Shown: one piece after another, positions 12,313 through 21,777 of the stretch
How the letters are laid out: the number at the start of each line of letters is the position of its first letter
Position numbering within the stretch: the stretch's first letter is position 1
Virus record (IMG/VR): IMGVR_UViG_3300036982_000954
Span: 3,907 to 67,906 of that record
Length of the DNA: 64,000 bases
DNA from: a virus
Taxonomy: Duplodnaviria > Caudoviricetes
Strand: one strand, 5' to 3'
Program-made: the position numbers and the translations under genes
Notes under the pieces: model-generated
Told to the model about the DNA's origin: nothing
What the model saw: only the letters and a program-made list of their open reading frames with translations
Databases searched by the model: none

Positions 12313-12723
12313 TTAGACTTTCTCGCGCACGGTGGAGAAGTTCATCACAAAGTAGAAGCGACCATGAGCGTCCGACTTCAGGAAGTTCACCGATCCTTGT
12401 TGAAACAGCCCTCCATATTGTGCTCCCCCCGCTGTGAACTGGCCTTTCTTTCCCAGCAAGGTAGCTATCTCCTGTGCTTTGGCCGATGCCTCCGTATAGG
12501 ACATCCCGCGCACCCGCACCTGCACGGTAGGATACTCCGTCGGCGCTAGGTTGGGGTCGACATAAGGGGTAGCGGTCCCCGGCGACGCATCATAGATAGT
12601 CACGCACCGATTCGGAGACTCCGCCGGTTCGTTGGAAACGTGGACTCCCCAGTCCCCAGTGCCGGCAAAGGTGTAGCCCGCCGCAACCAGGACATCCTTG
12701 ACATCAATCGCCGGAGTGTTCAT
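12313..12723 (-). CDS. tail terminator protein
   Basis: PNRCVTIYD, EYPTVQVRVRG, GRFYFVMNF motifs; synteny. Confidence 0.75.
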   Translation of the reverse strand: MNTPAIDVKDVLVAAGYTFAGTGDWGVHVSNEPAESPNRCVTIYDASPGTATPYVDPNLAPTEYPTVQVRVRGMSYTEASAKAQEIATLLGKKGQFTAGGAQYGGLFQQGSVNFLKSDAHGRFYFVMNFSTVREKV

Positions 12724-13193
12724 CTCTTTTTCCTCGCCTCAGCGGCCACAATCCGTAGGAACCGCGCCTTGTTTGCCTCAAAGGCATGTTGCAAAAACTT
12801 CCATTCCCCCACCGGGTGATAGGCTTTTCGATCCTCATGGACATAGAAAGCGTAGCCCGCACCCACCCCGATAGCAACCCCTGGCTTCTCTACGGCCAAC
12901 TGGGCTTCGCTCACCGTCTCTGTATGAGCCTCGGCAACGTCCTTCGCCGTGTTCTTTTCATCAGAAAAGGAGGGACTCAGGTTCATTCCGCCGACCTGAC
13001 CTTCCGGGGTCCGCCAAACCAGAAAGTGACTGGCCCGCAAGTTGCCGGTGTCCACCGGGGTCCGCCGTTGGCTGTCGGCCATTACTACCAGCATTCCTTT
13101 GATAAGGCCCTGGATAGTCCGGCCCTCCACTTTCTGGACTTCTTTAGTCAACTCGCGCATGGCCCGGTCCAGCCCTGGGATGTTGCCGATCAT
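12720..13193 (-). CDS. HK97 gp10-like tail completion protein
   Basis: TPVDTGNLRAS, YAFYVHE, KFLQHA motifs. Confidence 0.85.
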   Translation of the reverse strand: MIGNIPGLDRAMRELTKEVQKVEGRTIQGLIKGMLVVMADSQRRTPVDTGNLRASHFLVWRTPEGQVGGMNLSPSFSDEKNTAKDVAEAHTETVSEAQLAVEKPGVAIGVGAGYAFYVHEDRKAYHPVGEWKFLQHAFEANKARFLRIVAAEARKKR

Positions 13194-13525
13194 ACAAACA
13201 CCTGATAGACGTGTTCCGAAGCGTCGATGCTCGGGGTCTTCGCCCGGCTGAGGATGCGGCGGGCATCCTTATCCTCGGTCGGGTTCGGCATATTGCTACT
13301 GAGGGAGCCCAAGCGAATATAGCCCTCCAAAGATAGCTCTTCCAGAACATAGGCGCTGGCAGTCGAAACTACCTCGCGCCCTTGCGCGTCCACAGTAACA
13401 CGCAGCCGCTCGTCCCACCGGCAAGCCTTTTCTACCGGGAGCGCATAGTTCCAGCCCCCAAAACCGTTCGGGGTACTGGGCGCCCAGTAGGTCAGGACTT
13501 GGTTCAATTTGCTTGCTATGTCCAT
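13190..13525 (-). CDS. head closure protein
   Basis: LNQVLTYW...GFGG, VDAQGREVVS motifs; synteny. Confidence 0.7.
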   Translation of the reverse strand: MDIASKLNQVLTYWAPSTPNGFGGWNYALPVEKACRWDERLRVTVDAQGREVVSTASAYVLEELSLEGYIRLGSLSSNMPNPTEDKDARRILSRAKTPSIDASEHVYQVFV

Positions 13526-13534
13526 ACGCTTACC

Positions 13535-13924
13535 TCACTGATCGCACAAGTCCCATTCGTCCTCGTCATGCAACGTCTCGAACACCACACCTTTCTTACC
13601 CAGCGTAACCAGCGTTCCGGTGGTGTCCATAACCAAGGCTTGCTGGCCATAAGTGGTGGCCTCCAACCGCAACCCTCCCTGCTTTAGGTAGGACTCACTC
13701 GCCCCACCCATACTTTGCGAAGCCTTTTCATTCTGCTTCAAACAAGAAAAGTGGGCGGCGAGGAGCTTCTCGATGACGGTCAACTGGTCCTCTTCCAGCG
13801 TTCCGATAGGGACCAGCTTCTTCTCCACAAGGATATGGGCCATGTCAATGAACGGGGTAGTGCTAAAAGTGAACGTCCCGGACATGATTGCCTTCACCTC
13901 GGCGTCGGTTACGCGATTGCCCAT
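13535..13924 (-). CDS. head-tail adaptor
   Basis: LLAAHF...ASESY...TTYGQQALVMDTTG pattern; synteny. Confidence 0.75.
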   Translation of the reverse strand: MGNRVTDAEVKAIMSGTFTFSTTPFIDMAHILVEKKLVPIGTLEEDQLTVIEKLLAAHFSCLKQNEKASQSMGGASESYLKQGGLRLEATTYGQQALVMDTTGTLVTLGKKGVVFETLHDEDEWDLCDQ

Positions 13925-13931
13925 ACAAACC

Positions 13932-14588
13932 TCACGCTAGCTGTTCTTCCATTGAGATTAGACTCATGCACCGCGGGGTCCACTCCAATCCCAAATCCTT
14001 GACCACTTGTTCAATCTCCGCCGTATTCCCTTGAAGGAAACGGCTGGGGCGGACCTCCAAAGCCTCCGGCAATTCGACAATTTGACCCAGGATGGACTCG
14101 TACCGCCGTGCCCACCTTTCCCATTCGTCCTCGGTCCGAAAGGCATCCATATAGGCCGTATGGACACAGGAAAAGACGATGTTCTCCACCGCCCGGCGCA
14201 CGACCACCCAGCGAGCGCCGGGGAACATCGCCCGCCAGAAAGGATAGGCTCCGGCTATTAGCGGGTGCTTGAGGAACCACGGGCCTTCCGTGTATCCGTC
14301 CGCCTCCGCCGCCGCCCAAATCTGCGTAGCCCACTCTTCAGGACTCAACTTAGCCCACTGCTCCTCACGGGCCATAGGCTTCTGTCCTCGCGGGTCCGCC
14401 CCCATAGCCCGAGCCAACTTGTGAACTACATTCCGAATCGGGATGTTCTCAAAGTTGCCCAGGCGCCGGGGGTTCTCCCGGTGGGGAGCGCCCATACCGC
14501 CGCCCCAGGCGCCGCTGTGGTAGAGCAGGCCCGCAGTCATCGTCGATCCCGAACGCGGGCAGCCGGCCACCAATATCGGGTTAGCCAT
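13932..14588 (-). CDS. PAPS-dependent sulfotransferase-like protein
   Basis: Start at MANPIL; ILVAGCPRSGSTMTAGLL (5'-PSB loop), FLKHP, VVVRR...IVFS (3'-PB). Confidence 0.75.
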   Translation of the reverse strand: MANPILVAGCPRSGSTMTAGLLYHSGAWGGGMGAPHRENPRRLGNFENIPIRNVVHKLARAMGADPRGQKPMAREEQWAKLSPEEWATQIWAAAEADGYTEGPWFLKHPLIAGAYPFWRAMFPGARWVVVRRAVENIVFSCVHTAYMDAFRTEDEWERWARRYESILGQIVELPEALEVRPSRFLQGNTAEIEQVVKDLGLEWTPRCMSLISMEEQLA

Positions 14589-16233
14589 GTTTAGCTCTCC
14601 ACTCCGCAACGTACTGATTCAATAGGGGCACAACGTCCCGCGCATAGCAGTTCAGCACCGCCTCGATCTTGGGCCAATTCTCCGCCGTATGCCCCGGACG
14701 CACCGAATGGCAATCCACCATGTCTCCGGGGATTTTCTCCGGCCACTTGCACCGATCAATACGGTCGTGAGGCGGGCAGCCTTTACGAGGCAGGATGGAC
14801 GCCCGGTCAGCAAAACCCTTCCACCGCTGTATGCGTTTGCCCAGCCACGTCTCGTCGTAACACCAGACCTTGATCGGCTCGGGCTCTTTCTGTGCCTCTT
14901 CCACCAAAACATTCGGGTCCACGCCGTCCAGCAATTCCCGCCAAGTAGCTACGGTGCCGCCGATATAGCAAATCGGATACTGGGCCGCCGGAGTGTAAGC
15001 GTTCCCATAGTAGAGGAACAACCGCTCCGGGTAGTAAGTGCATTCGTGGAAGAAGACTTTGCTCAGGGGCAGCATGTCCGCATCGGAAGTTAGCAAATAC
15101 ACCCCGTCTCCCCAGGGTTTGCAGTTATACGTCCGCCGATACGCAAACAACCGGGCGAACTGTGCCCTATTTGCGGTGTAATTAGGGGTCTGCGGGCGCT
15201 CGAAGTATACCTCCCCGCCTAGACGGCGGGTCCAGCCTAATTCAACGCGATTTGCCCACTCTTCCGGGCTCCCCACCAGGATATGCGTCGCAGTGAATCC
15301 CAAATACCGCCACAAAGCTGTGGTGATGGGCATAAAGAAGCTGTACATCGGGTTAAGGTCCGAGGCCAGCAACGCCCGGCGCTCCGGTTCCTGGCTCTCC
15401 CAGGAGAAATCCCCTGTAATATGACAATCCGTCTCGTCCTCCGCCGCTAGTACCGGGGCAATCTCTTGGGGGAAGCGCTCGGCGAAGAAGTTGTTCACCA
15501 AATGCACATCATACTGGGAGGTGCCGATGAACCGGATAAGATAGTTCACTGCCCAGCCCATTCCCGTGGACTCCCCACTGTAAGTCATCTCCGCCTCGGT
15601 AACTGTCTCTTTCTCCCCATGAGGCGGACAGCCCTTGAAACGGAAAGCCATCCCATCGGTCTGGGCAAAGAAGGACCAGACTACCCGATTCAGCACATGC
15701 TGGTCGCTGCCCTTAGCATCCTCCCAGCCCCCGGTCTGCTTGAACGAATCCCAAGTAGGATACTTGGTACGAAACCACTTGGTGCGGAAACCGCCCATCC
15801 CGCCCATGATACCAATATTGTGCGAACGGTTATCGCTGATCTGCATGATGCTGTGCGGGGACTTTACAAACTGCTCGCAGCACCATTTGTCTTTGGGAAT
15901 CAGGAGCGCATCCACGTCGCGGGGGAACACGAAGTCCGCATCGCTCTCCCAAATAGGACGCATCCTCCACAACATCCCCTCGCAGACGCTCGCGGGCGTC
16001 CCGCCGAACTTCAACTTCAACCAAGGCACCTTCGCCGCGAGGGCGAACAGGGCGGGAGCATACGGCCCGGTGAAGAGCGTCTCGTCGTAGTAGATATGAA
16101 GTTCCCAGATCGGGCGTTCGTAAAGCGCCGCCATTGCCCGCAGGTTACTGCACAAATAGTGCCGGAAAAACTGCGGGGTGATATTACTGGCGGGGGTCGT
16201 CCCGAACAGGGACATACTATAGACACACTTCAT
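14581..16233 (-). CDS. two-domain glycosyltransferase-like fusion
   Basis: N domain SMSLFG...MLWRMRP...RDVDA...MGGMGG; C domain AQFARLF...TSDADMLPL...YPICYIGG...DCHS; each has a DxD motif. Confidence 0.6.
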   Translation of the reverse strand: MKCVYSMSLFGTTPASNITPQFFRHYLCSNLRAMAALYERPIWELHIYYDETLFTGPYAPALFALAAKVPWLKLKFGGTPASVCEGMLWRMRPIWESDADFVFPRDVDALLIPKDKWCCEQFVKSPHSIMQISDNRSHNIGIMGGMGGFRTKWFRTKYPTWDSFKQTGGWEDAKGSDQHVLNRVVWSFFAQTDGMAFRFKGCPPHGEKETVTEAEMTYSGESTGMGWAVNYLIRFIGTSQYDVHLVNNFFAERFPQEIAPVLAAEDETDCHITGDFSWESQEPERRALLASDLNPMYSFFMPITTALWRYLGFTATHILVGSPEEWANRVELGWTRRLGGEVYFERPQTPNYTANRAQFARLFAYRRTYNCKPWGDGVYLLTSDADMLPLSKVFFHECTYYPERLFLYYGNAYTPAAQYPICYIGGTVATWRELLDGVDPNVLVEEAQKEPEPIKVWCYDETWLGKRIQRWKGFADRASILPRKGCPPHDRIDRCKWPEKIPGDMVDCHSVRPGHTAENWPKIEAVLNCYARDVVPLLNQYVAEWRAKHG

Positions 16234-17105
16234 GGAACTACTCCGAATAGATCAAGTCCAGCAAAGCGCTCCGACCCATACTTAGCCAGGAGCCGCCGAC
16301 ACTCCTTGGCAAACCAGCCCGGATCGGTCAGGTTAATTTCCCGATAGGGCAATTCGCCCCACCACGACAGGGGCACCGGGCTAGTCCCCAATCCCTGTTC
16401 ATCCAGCGCCTGCCCATACTTATAATTGAGTACCTCCACACTACTCTTCGGACGGTCGGGCCACCGCACCCGCTCCACCATCTTGTACCAAGCGTGTTTC
16501 GCGGTCAGCCGCGCCCAGTTAGCAAACTGCATATGAAACACCCCGCCCTCACTCTTGTGGAAGGGTGCCCGCCGGCCCGTGATTCCGTTCGGGAGCCGGG
16601 CATGGTGAACATAGCCGTCGACCGCGTTGCGCCAACTCAATTCCGGCCCGGTCTTGACCAGGAGCGAGACAATCCCCCGACTCCACACCGATTGATCGTT
16701 CCGGTACTGCTCCAGACACCGCCAAGTGGGAATCATCGGGACGTCCAGCGCCTCGCCCGGATGCAGGTGTTCATCAGCAATCCGCCGCACCTCCATTCTC
16801 AAGGGATGGGACAGGACTTCGTCGGCGTCAATCAAAGCCAGCACATCCGGCTTGAAAGCCTTGGCCAGTTCATACATATGCTGGCGCGCTTCCATCTCCT
16901 CCCAAAACTCGGACACCAAACCCATAGAAAAGAAGTGCAACCGCTTCCCATACCAAGGGGCATAACGAGTACACAGGTCTTGGGTGCCGTCGGTGGAGCC
17001 GGTATCCACTACCACCAACTCGTCTACCCAAGCCAGTGCTCCGGGTATGGAAAGGGGGAGAATCCACGCCTCGTTCTTGACCAGCATCATTCCGACTATG
17101 TTCAT
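16230..17105 (-). CDS. GT2-family glycosyltransferase
   Basis: MLVKNEA, VVVDTGSTDGT, LIDADE motifs. Confidence 0.85.
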   Translation of the reverse strand: MNIVGMMLVKNEAWILPLSIPGALAWVDELVVVDTGSTDGTQDLCTRYAPWYGKRLHFFSMGLVSEFWEEMEARQHMYELAKAFKPDVLALIDADEVLSHPLRMEVRRIADEHLHPGEALDVPMIPTWRCLEQYRNDQSVWSRGIVSLLVKTGPELSWRNAVDGYVHHARLPNGITGRRAPFHKSEGGVFHMQFANWARLTAKHAWYKMVERVRWPDRPKSSVEVLNYKYGQALDEQGLGTSPVPLSWWGELPYREINLTDPGWFAKECRRLLAKYGSERFAGLDLFGVVP

Positions 17106-17920
17106 TTCAACACCCCGCTAATGAACGGGCAGCTTAGCATAATGCTCTCCTGCCGTCGAGCAACAGCCTCCGGCACACCAGAGTGTGCTTTATACAAACC
17201 CACAATGTCCTCCAAAACCGACTGGTCCCCGGTATCGAAAGACAACCTCCCCTCCCGCCAATCCCGGCAGGTTACTGACCGATGCACACTCATTAGATAG
17301 TCTTCAAACTTCGCCCCGTCCCCTAGAATAGAATCGCTCAGGCGCATCCAAACGTTGGGGACTTGGTAGGCATCGGCGAACACCAACCCGTGCAGGGAAC
17401 TGGAGAACACCACATCACAAGCAACGATTTCGTTCAGGACTTCCTCTAGCGGGGCAAAGACGTTGATAATCTGAACATGCTCTATCCCACCCCACCACCA
17501 CCATGCCCGTTGCATATCAACATAGTGGGGCAGGACGCCCACCCGGAAAGGATGGGGGTCGGTGGGCCGCTCAACCTTGTGAAACCGCGATACCAGCAAA
17601 CCGGGGTCGCCCAAGGAAACCTCCCGCGCCCCCGGCACTTCACAATCCACTGCCCGACGACGGGACAGGGGACCGCGCACCAACCTCAAATCGCATTCGG
17701 GATTAACACAATCCATCTTGTTGGCCACCCCGGCTCCCCAAACAACCCAGCCTTTCTGCGCCCAGGTGAGAATGCTTCCCGCCCCTAGCAAATAAGAACC
17801 TTTTGAGACAGGCTCCGCATAGATTGGGTAGTGCCCGGTGATTTTCTTTATCAGCCAGGGAGTAAGGAAGTCGCCTACATTTGCCGACTGACACCACGTT
17901 GCTGTTACTGGTTCCGACAT
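17102..17920 (-). CDS. polysaccharide pyruvyl transferase family protein
   Basis: Start at MSEPV (GGAG RBS); NVGDFL, GAGSIL, VRGPLS, LGDPGLL, PHYVD, SSSLHGLVFADAY, KFEDY. Confidence 0.85.
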   Translation of the reverse strand: MSEPVTATWCQSANVGDFLTPWLIKKITGHYPIYAEPVSKGSYLLGAGSILTWAQKGWVVWGAGVANKMDCVNPECDLRLVRGPLSRRRAVDCEVPGAREVSLGDPGLLVSRFHKVERPTDPHPFRVGVLPHYVDMQRAWWWWGGIEHVQIINVFAPLEEVLNEIVACDVVFSSSLHGLVFADAYQVPNVWMRLSDSILGDGAKFEDYLMSVHRSVTCRDWREGRLSFDTGDQSVLEDIVGLYKAHSGVPEAVARRQESIMLSCPFISGVLK

Positions 17921-18672
17921 TTGGCACTCCACGTCTTGAGCGTCTCCGCCCAATAGGATAAGCAAATATGCCTCCAACCCCATTCTCCAGAATCCCACTT
18001 TTCAGCCCAGTTCATCAATAGGTCCAAAGTAGCCTCCTCCCACCGGGCAACCTTGATGAGCGGAAGGCCCAGCGCACAGAGCCACTGGGTAAACGGATTG
18101 TCCAGCACAATCGGATAGGCTCCCATATACAACGCTTGCCACGTCCGGTCACAGTCCCACCCGGAGCCGGGCGGACTGCACACAAAGCGATGCCGACGCA
18201 ACTGAAGCAGCCACTCATCCTCAGGCAAGCATTCGGGAGCGTAGGCCCAGTCCTGTTTCCCAAAATACTCGTAGGCTTCGCGCCGCGGATTGTGGTGTTT
18301 CCAGTTGCTCGCGGGAACGCCGTGGCACACCAAAACCCGGTTCATTCTCACCGGCTCCAGATGCACAAGCCGCCGCATACCCCGCGCCGTCCCCTCCGGA
18401 ACCCCAATCGGCATCAGACTGACCTTCGGGAAGCGGATAGCCGCATTGTTGGCGACGATATGAACCACGTTCTCCGGTATCTGCTGGTACAGCTTTTCAG
18501 TCAACTCGGCATCGCTGGGGTGCCGGCCCAGGAGCAGAACGCACGGTCCTGCGGCAGCCACGTCCTCCATCCGCCGGCCAAAGTCCAGGGTCTCCAACGG
18601 GACGTAGCGCACCGGGGGATGTGCCAGCTTAGGAATGTCGTTGGTCACAATCCATTCACAGACGGGAATCAT
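17905..18672 (-). CDS. exostosin-like (GT47-like) glycosyltransferase
   Basis: RFVCSPPGSGWDCDRTWQALYMGAYPIV signature. Confidence 0.75.
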   Translation of the reverse strand: MIPVCEWIVTNDIPKLAHPPVRYVPLETLDFGRRMEDVAAAGPCVLLLGRHPSDAELTEKLYQQIPENVVHIVANNAAIRFPKVSLMPIGVPEGTARGMRRLVHLEPVRMNRVLVCHGVPASNWKHHNPRREAYEYFGKQDWAYAPECLPEDEWLLQLRRHRFVCSPPGSGWDCDRTWQALYMGAYPIVLDNPFTQWLCALGLPLIKVARWEEATLDLLMNWAEKWDSGEWGWRHICLSYWAETLKTWSAKCRNQ

Positions 18673-19403
18673 GCTGGCTCTCCCGTATGCACGTCCCGAC
18701 GCCGGGCGAAGATGTCAATGTTTCCCGAACCTGTCGTAGGCTCGCGGGTCGGGTGAGTGTTCCGGCACACAATAATATCGTGCGTTGAAATGAGGGTGCT
18801 CGTGAACCACGCCGACCACTCCTCGGCCGACGTACAATCGAACCGATGCCCCCAATGCAACTCGCCGACAATAGCCCAGGCTTTCATCAAACAAGCCTCG
18901 GACGGCCAGTGTCCCCGGATTGCGTCCTCACCGCCCTCAGCATCCAATTTGATTAGGACGTTCTTCCCCCAGTCAATTGGAAGGTCACTCAGCCGCAACC
19001 CGACCACATCATAATCCACTTCGCTCTGTGATTTACCATAACGCTGAGTGCCGAGCGACCCACCAGTGGAAAGAAAGTTCGATGCACCGTGGCCCAAACC
19101 GCATTGCAAGGCGCGCACCCCCGGAAGGTCGCCCGCAAACTTCTCCCACAAGTCCATAGCCTTCCTATTCGGCTCGACCGCTAGAATCGGAACTTCAGGA
19201 AAAGCACAACGGGCAGCCAGAGTGAAAATCCCTACATTAGCCCCCAAATCCAGTATCTGCTCCGGCGGCGGGGTCCAGGTCTGGAGTTGGTCAAAACGAT
19301 AGCCGTCCCGCGTCACAATCTCGCCCACCAAACACTCGACCTCCTCGACCTTGAGATCGACATGGCTTAGGACAAACCGTTCAATTTCGGCGCTGGTCTT
19401 CAT
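18669..19403 (-). CDS. FkbM-family methyltransferase
   Basis: ILDLGANVG, VEPN, LIKLDAEGGE, GELH. Confidence 0.85.
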   Translation of the reverse strand: MKTSAEIERFVLSHVDLKVEEVECLVGEIVTRDGYRFDQLQTWTPPPEQILDLGANVGIFTLAARCAFPEVPILAVEPNRKAMDLWEKFAGDLPGVRALQCGLGHGASNFLSTGGSLGTQRYGKSQSEVDYDVVGLRLSDLPIDWGKNVLIKLDAEGGEDAIRGHWPSEACLMKAWAIVGELHWGHRFDCTSAEEWSAWFTSTLISTHDIIVCRNTHPTREPTTGSGNIDIFARRRDVHTGEPA

Positions 19404-20401
19404 CGGCAAATCTCCAACCAAGCGAACATTGCTTTTCCCAAAGTGTTCAGATAAGACCCCAGTTTGCTATCTGATTGCAACCAGCCAGCCAAATGGTCGT
19501 AGATACCAGCCACTGTATCGGACTTCTCCGAAGGAATACTATCCACGATCCTCCAAAAGGACTCGTTGTACAAAATGCCCGGAGCCTCAGCCACCAGATT
19601 ATTTAGCGGGTTGCTCGCTCGGGTATGCTCGACCACAGGCAATCCCGTACAGGCCCTGGCCCCCAAAGTATCCAATACCTTCTTGACCAGGATACCCGCC
19701 CAAATATCATCAAAGCGGTCAAAGGGCTGCCCCTCCCCCATCAAAGGAAAGTACATCGCCGGGATAAGTTCCCGCCGAAATGCTAGGTTCATACTACTCA
19801 TGGGGAAGTATACCTGCGGGGGCACAACGCAATAACTCTCCACTCCCCGACACACCAAATTACTTCCTTGAGAACGACCCCCGGTATACAACTGGGAAGG
19901 GGCATCGTAGTCCAGCGTCCCAGTCCACAAACCATGATTCAACAGCACCTGGACTGGCCGGGTCAAGGCTTGGTAAGGGGTGCCTCGCGCCGGTTTATCC
20001 GGGGACAGCACAGTACAAAACCAAGCGGGCTCCCCGTAGGTTGCAGCCAAATACTTTTGATGTTCGGAAAAGTGATTGGCCCTGACTCGGCAATCATCAT
20101 CCAAGGTAACGATTATGTCCGCCCCTTCCTTGAAGGCCCGCCAAAAGCCGTAAATCCGACAGGCGGCATTGCGCTTGGACAGAATCCAGAAGTTCTCACC
20201 CCAATCACGTCGGGTGTCCTCGCGGCATACCCCCACTATATTCAACTGTTCGTATCGGGGAAGCCGGAGAGTAAACTCCTCCGCATCCTGCATCACCCAT
20301 ACCTTGTTCGGTAGGGGCAGGCAGCCAGCCACACTTGCTAAGCAAGCCTCAAGCTCACTCTGCCGAATGGTAGGAATTACTAGGTGAATCTGGGGGCTCA
20401 T
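19400..20401 (-). CDS. RGP / UDP-arabinopyranose mutase-like protein (GT75)
   Basis: VIPTIR, AACRIYGF, TLDDDC, HGLW...DYDAPSQL, MNLAFRRELIPAMYFPLMGEGQP, RFDDIWAG, TGLP..EHTRASNP match plant RGP motifs. Confidence 0.85.
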   Translation of the reverse strand: MSPQIHLVIPTIRQSELEACLASVAGCLPLPNKVWVMQDAEEFTLRLPRYEQLNIVGVCREDTRRDWGENFWILSKRNAACRIYGFWRAFKEGADIIVTLDDDCRVRANHFSEHQKYLAATYGEPAWFCTVLSPDKPARGTPYQALTRPVQVLLNHGLWTGTLDYDAPSQLYTGGRSQGSNLVCRGVESYCVVPPQVYFPMSSMNLAFRRELIPAMYFPLMGEGQPFDRFDDIWAGILVKKVLDTLGARACTGLPVVEHTRASNPLNNLVAEAPGILYNESFWRIVDSIPSEKSDTVAGIYDHLAGWLQSDSKLGSYLNTLGKAMFAWLEICR

Positions 20402-21012
20402 AGCCGCTCTCTCCAAAGAAACAGACTATCCCAATAGTTGAACACGGACAAACCATGCCGCCGGGAAAGGCTGTGCTGAACCGAAATCATGCCGCACTCC
20501 TTCAAGTGCTGCACAACCTCGTCCACCTCGCCCTGCCACACTGAATAGTCAGGAGCCTCGTGCCCGTGAAACTCCACAGATATTTGAGTGGCTATCGGAA
20601 TCTTTGGCCAGTTCTTCAAAATCCCGATTTCGGCGCCTTCGATGTCCAGCTTCACTAATTCCCAATAACACACATCGCTCCGGGCCATCAAGTCCAGGAT
20701 GGTTATCGTATTCACAGGAATCGTGTCAGGACCGCTTTCCAGGGCTATCCTACGCGCTTGAGGGGGCCTCCCTACATCGAAGTACCCCCGGCCCGAAACG
20801 TGCGACAACGCCGCGCAAAATGCCCGGTCGACGTCCGGTATGTTATCAAACACATCGGGGTCGGCATCCACCGCCACCACACGCTGCTTGTGCTGCATAA
20901 AGTGCTCGGTGAATCCCCAGCCCCGACAGCCCCCATCCAATACCCAGCCAAGCGGGTGCAACTGGTTGGTGGCTACGGTGTGCTCGTGAATCGTCTCGAA
21001 CTCCAGACTCAT
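20398..21012 (-). CDS. FkbM-family methyltransferase
   Basis: VLDGGCRG, LVKLDIEGAE, QISVEFH. Confidence 0.8.
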   Translation of the reverse strand: MSLEFETIHEHTVATNQLHPLGWVLDGGCRGWGFTEHFMQHKQRVVAVDADPDVFDNIPDVDRAFCAALSHVSGRGYFDVGRPPQARRIALESGPDTIPVNTITILDLMARSDVCYWELVKLDIEGAEIGILKNWPKIPIATQISVEFHGHEAPDYSVWQGEVDEVVQHLKECGMISVQHSLSRRHGLSVFNYWDSLFLWRERL

Positions 21013-21024
21013 GGGTAGAGCCTC

Positions 21025-21777
21025 CTAGCAACCTTCGCTGGCAATGATAAGTTCCGGCGGGCTGTTTTCCCGCAGGTACGCCCCGAAACCGTCCCCCAAC
21101 TTCTTGGTCGGGAGTTTGCGTCTCCAGGCTATGTAGGACAGCGCCACCTCGTCGTGCCGGTGGCCATAGCACCGCGGGTCGTCGCTACACGGTCCCTCCG
21201 ACCGCCCTTTATAGCCCGCAGCATAAAGGGAACGGACTGCCTCCGGGTTGCTGGAGTTTATGCACGGGCCATAGATCAAACCCCGCGCATACAATTCCTT
21301 CAACTCAGCAAAAACCTCGTGCGCTAGAGTTTTGGCGAAATCGAAGAGGAAGACCGACCCAGCCAGCAACTCAATATCCTGCGCCCGGTCGCGGGATAGG
21401 TCAAGGATGGCCAGCCCATCATCCGAACAGAAGCGGGACAACGGCGCCCCACCACCCCACAACACAACGCCTTTCTGCTGGGCCTCGTCCACCAAAGGCT
21501 TCGGGTCGCGAATGAGCCAGGAAAAACTGTCCGCCCAAATGACAACCCGATTGGTCTTGCGCATCACCTGCTCCCGAGCCGCCTCCAAAGCATGAATCTT
21601 AAAGGCGTAGGGCTGCTCCAGATGCTGGGGACTGCCCATCGGATACTCCGCCGTCCAGTGCATGTAATCACACCCAAAACGATGGCAGGATTCCCGCTGC
21701 CGCTCCTGCCCTTTGAGATAGGCAGGACGAATCCAATCCGTAACTACGTTTATCACAGTCGGCGACTGGGGATTCAT
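21025..21777 (-). CDS. glycosyltransferase-like protein (GT-A)
   Basis: Start at MNPQ (ATGA overlap); PYAFKIHA, VIWADS, HRHDE motifs; island context. Confidence 0.55.
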   Translation of the reverse strand: MNPQSPTVINVVTDWIRPAYLKGQERQRESCHRFGCDYMHWTAEYPMGSPQHLEQPYAFKIHALEAAREQVMRKTNRVVIWADSFSWLIRDPKPLVDEAQQKGVVLWGGGAPLSRFCSDDGLAILDLSRDRAQDIELLAGSVFLFDFAKTLAHEVFAELKELYARGLIYGPCINSSNPEAVRSLYAAGYKGRSEGPCSDDPRCYGHRHDEVALSYIAWRRKLPTKKLGDGFGAYLRENSPPELIIASEGC

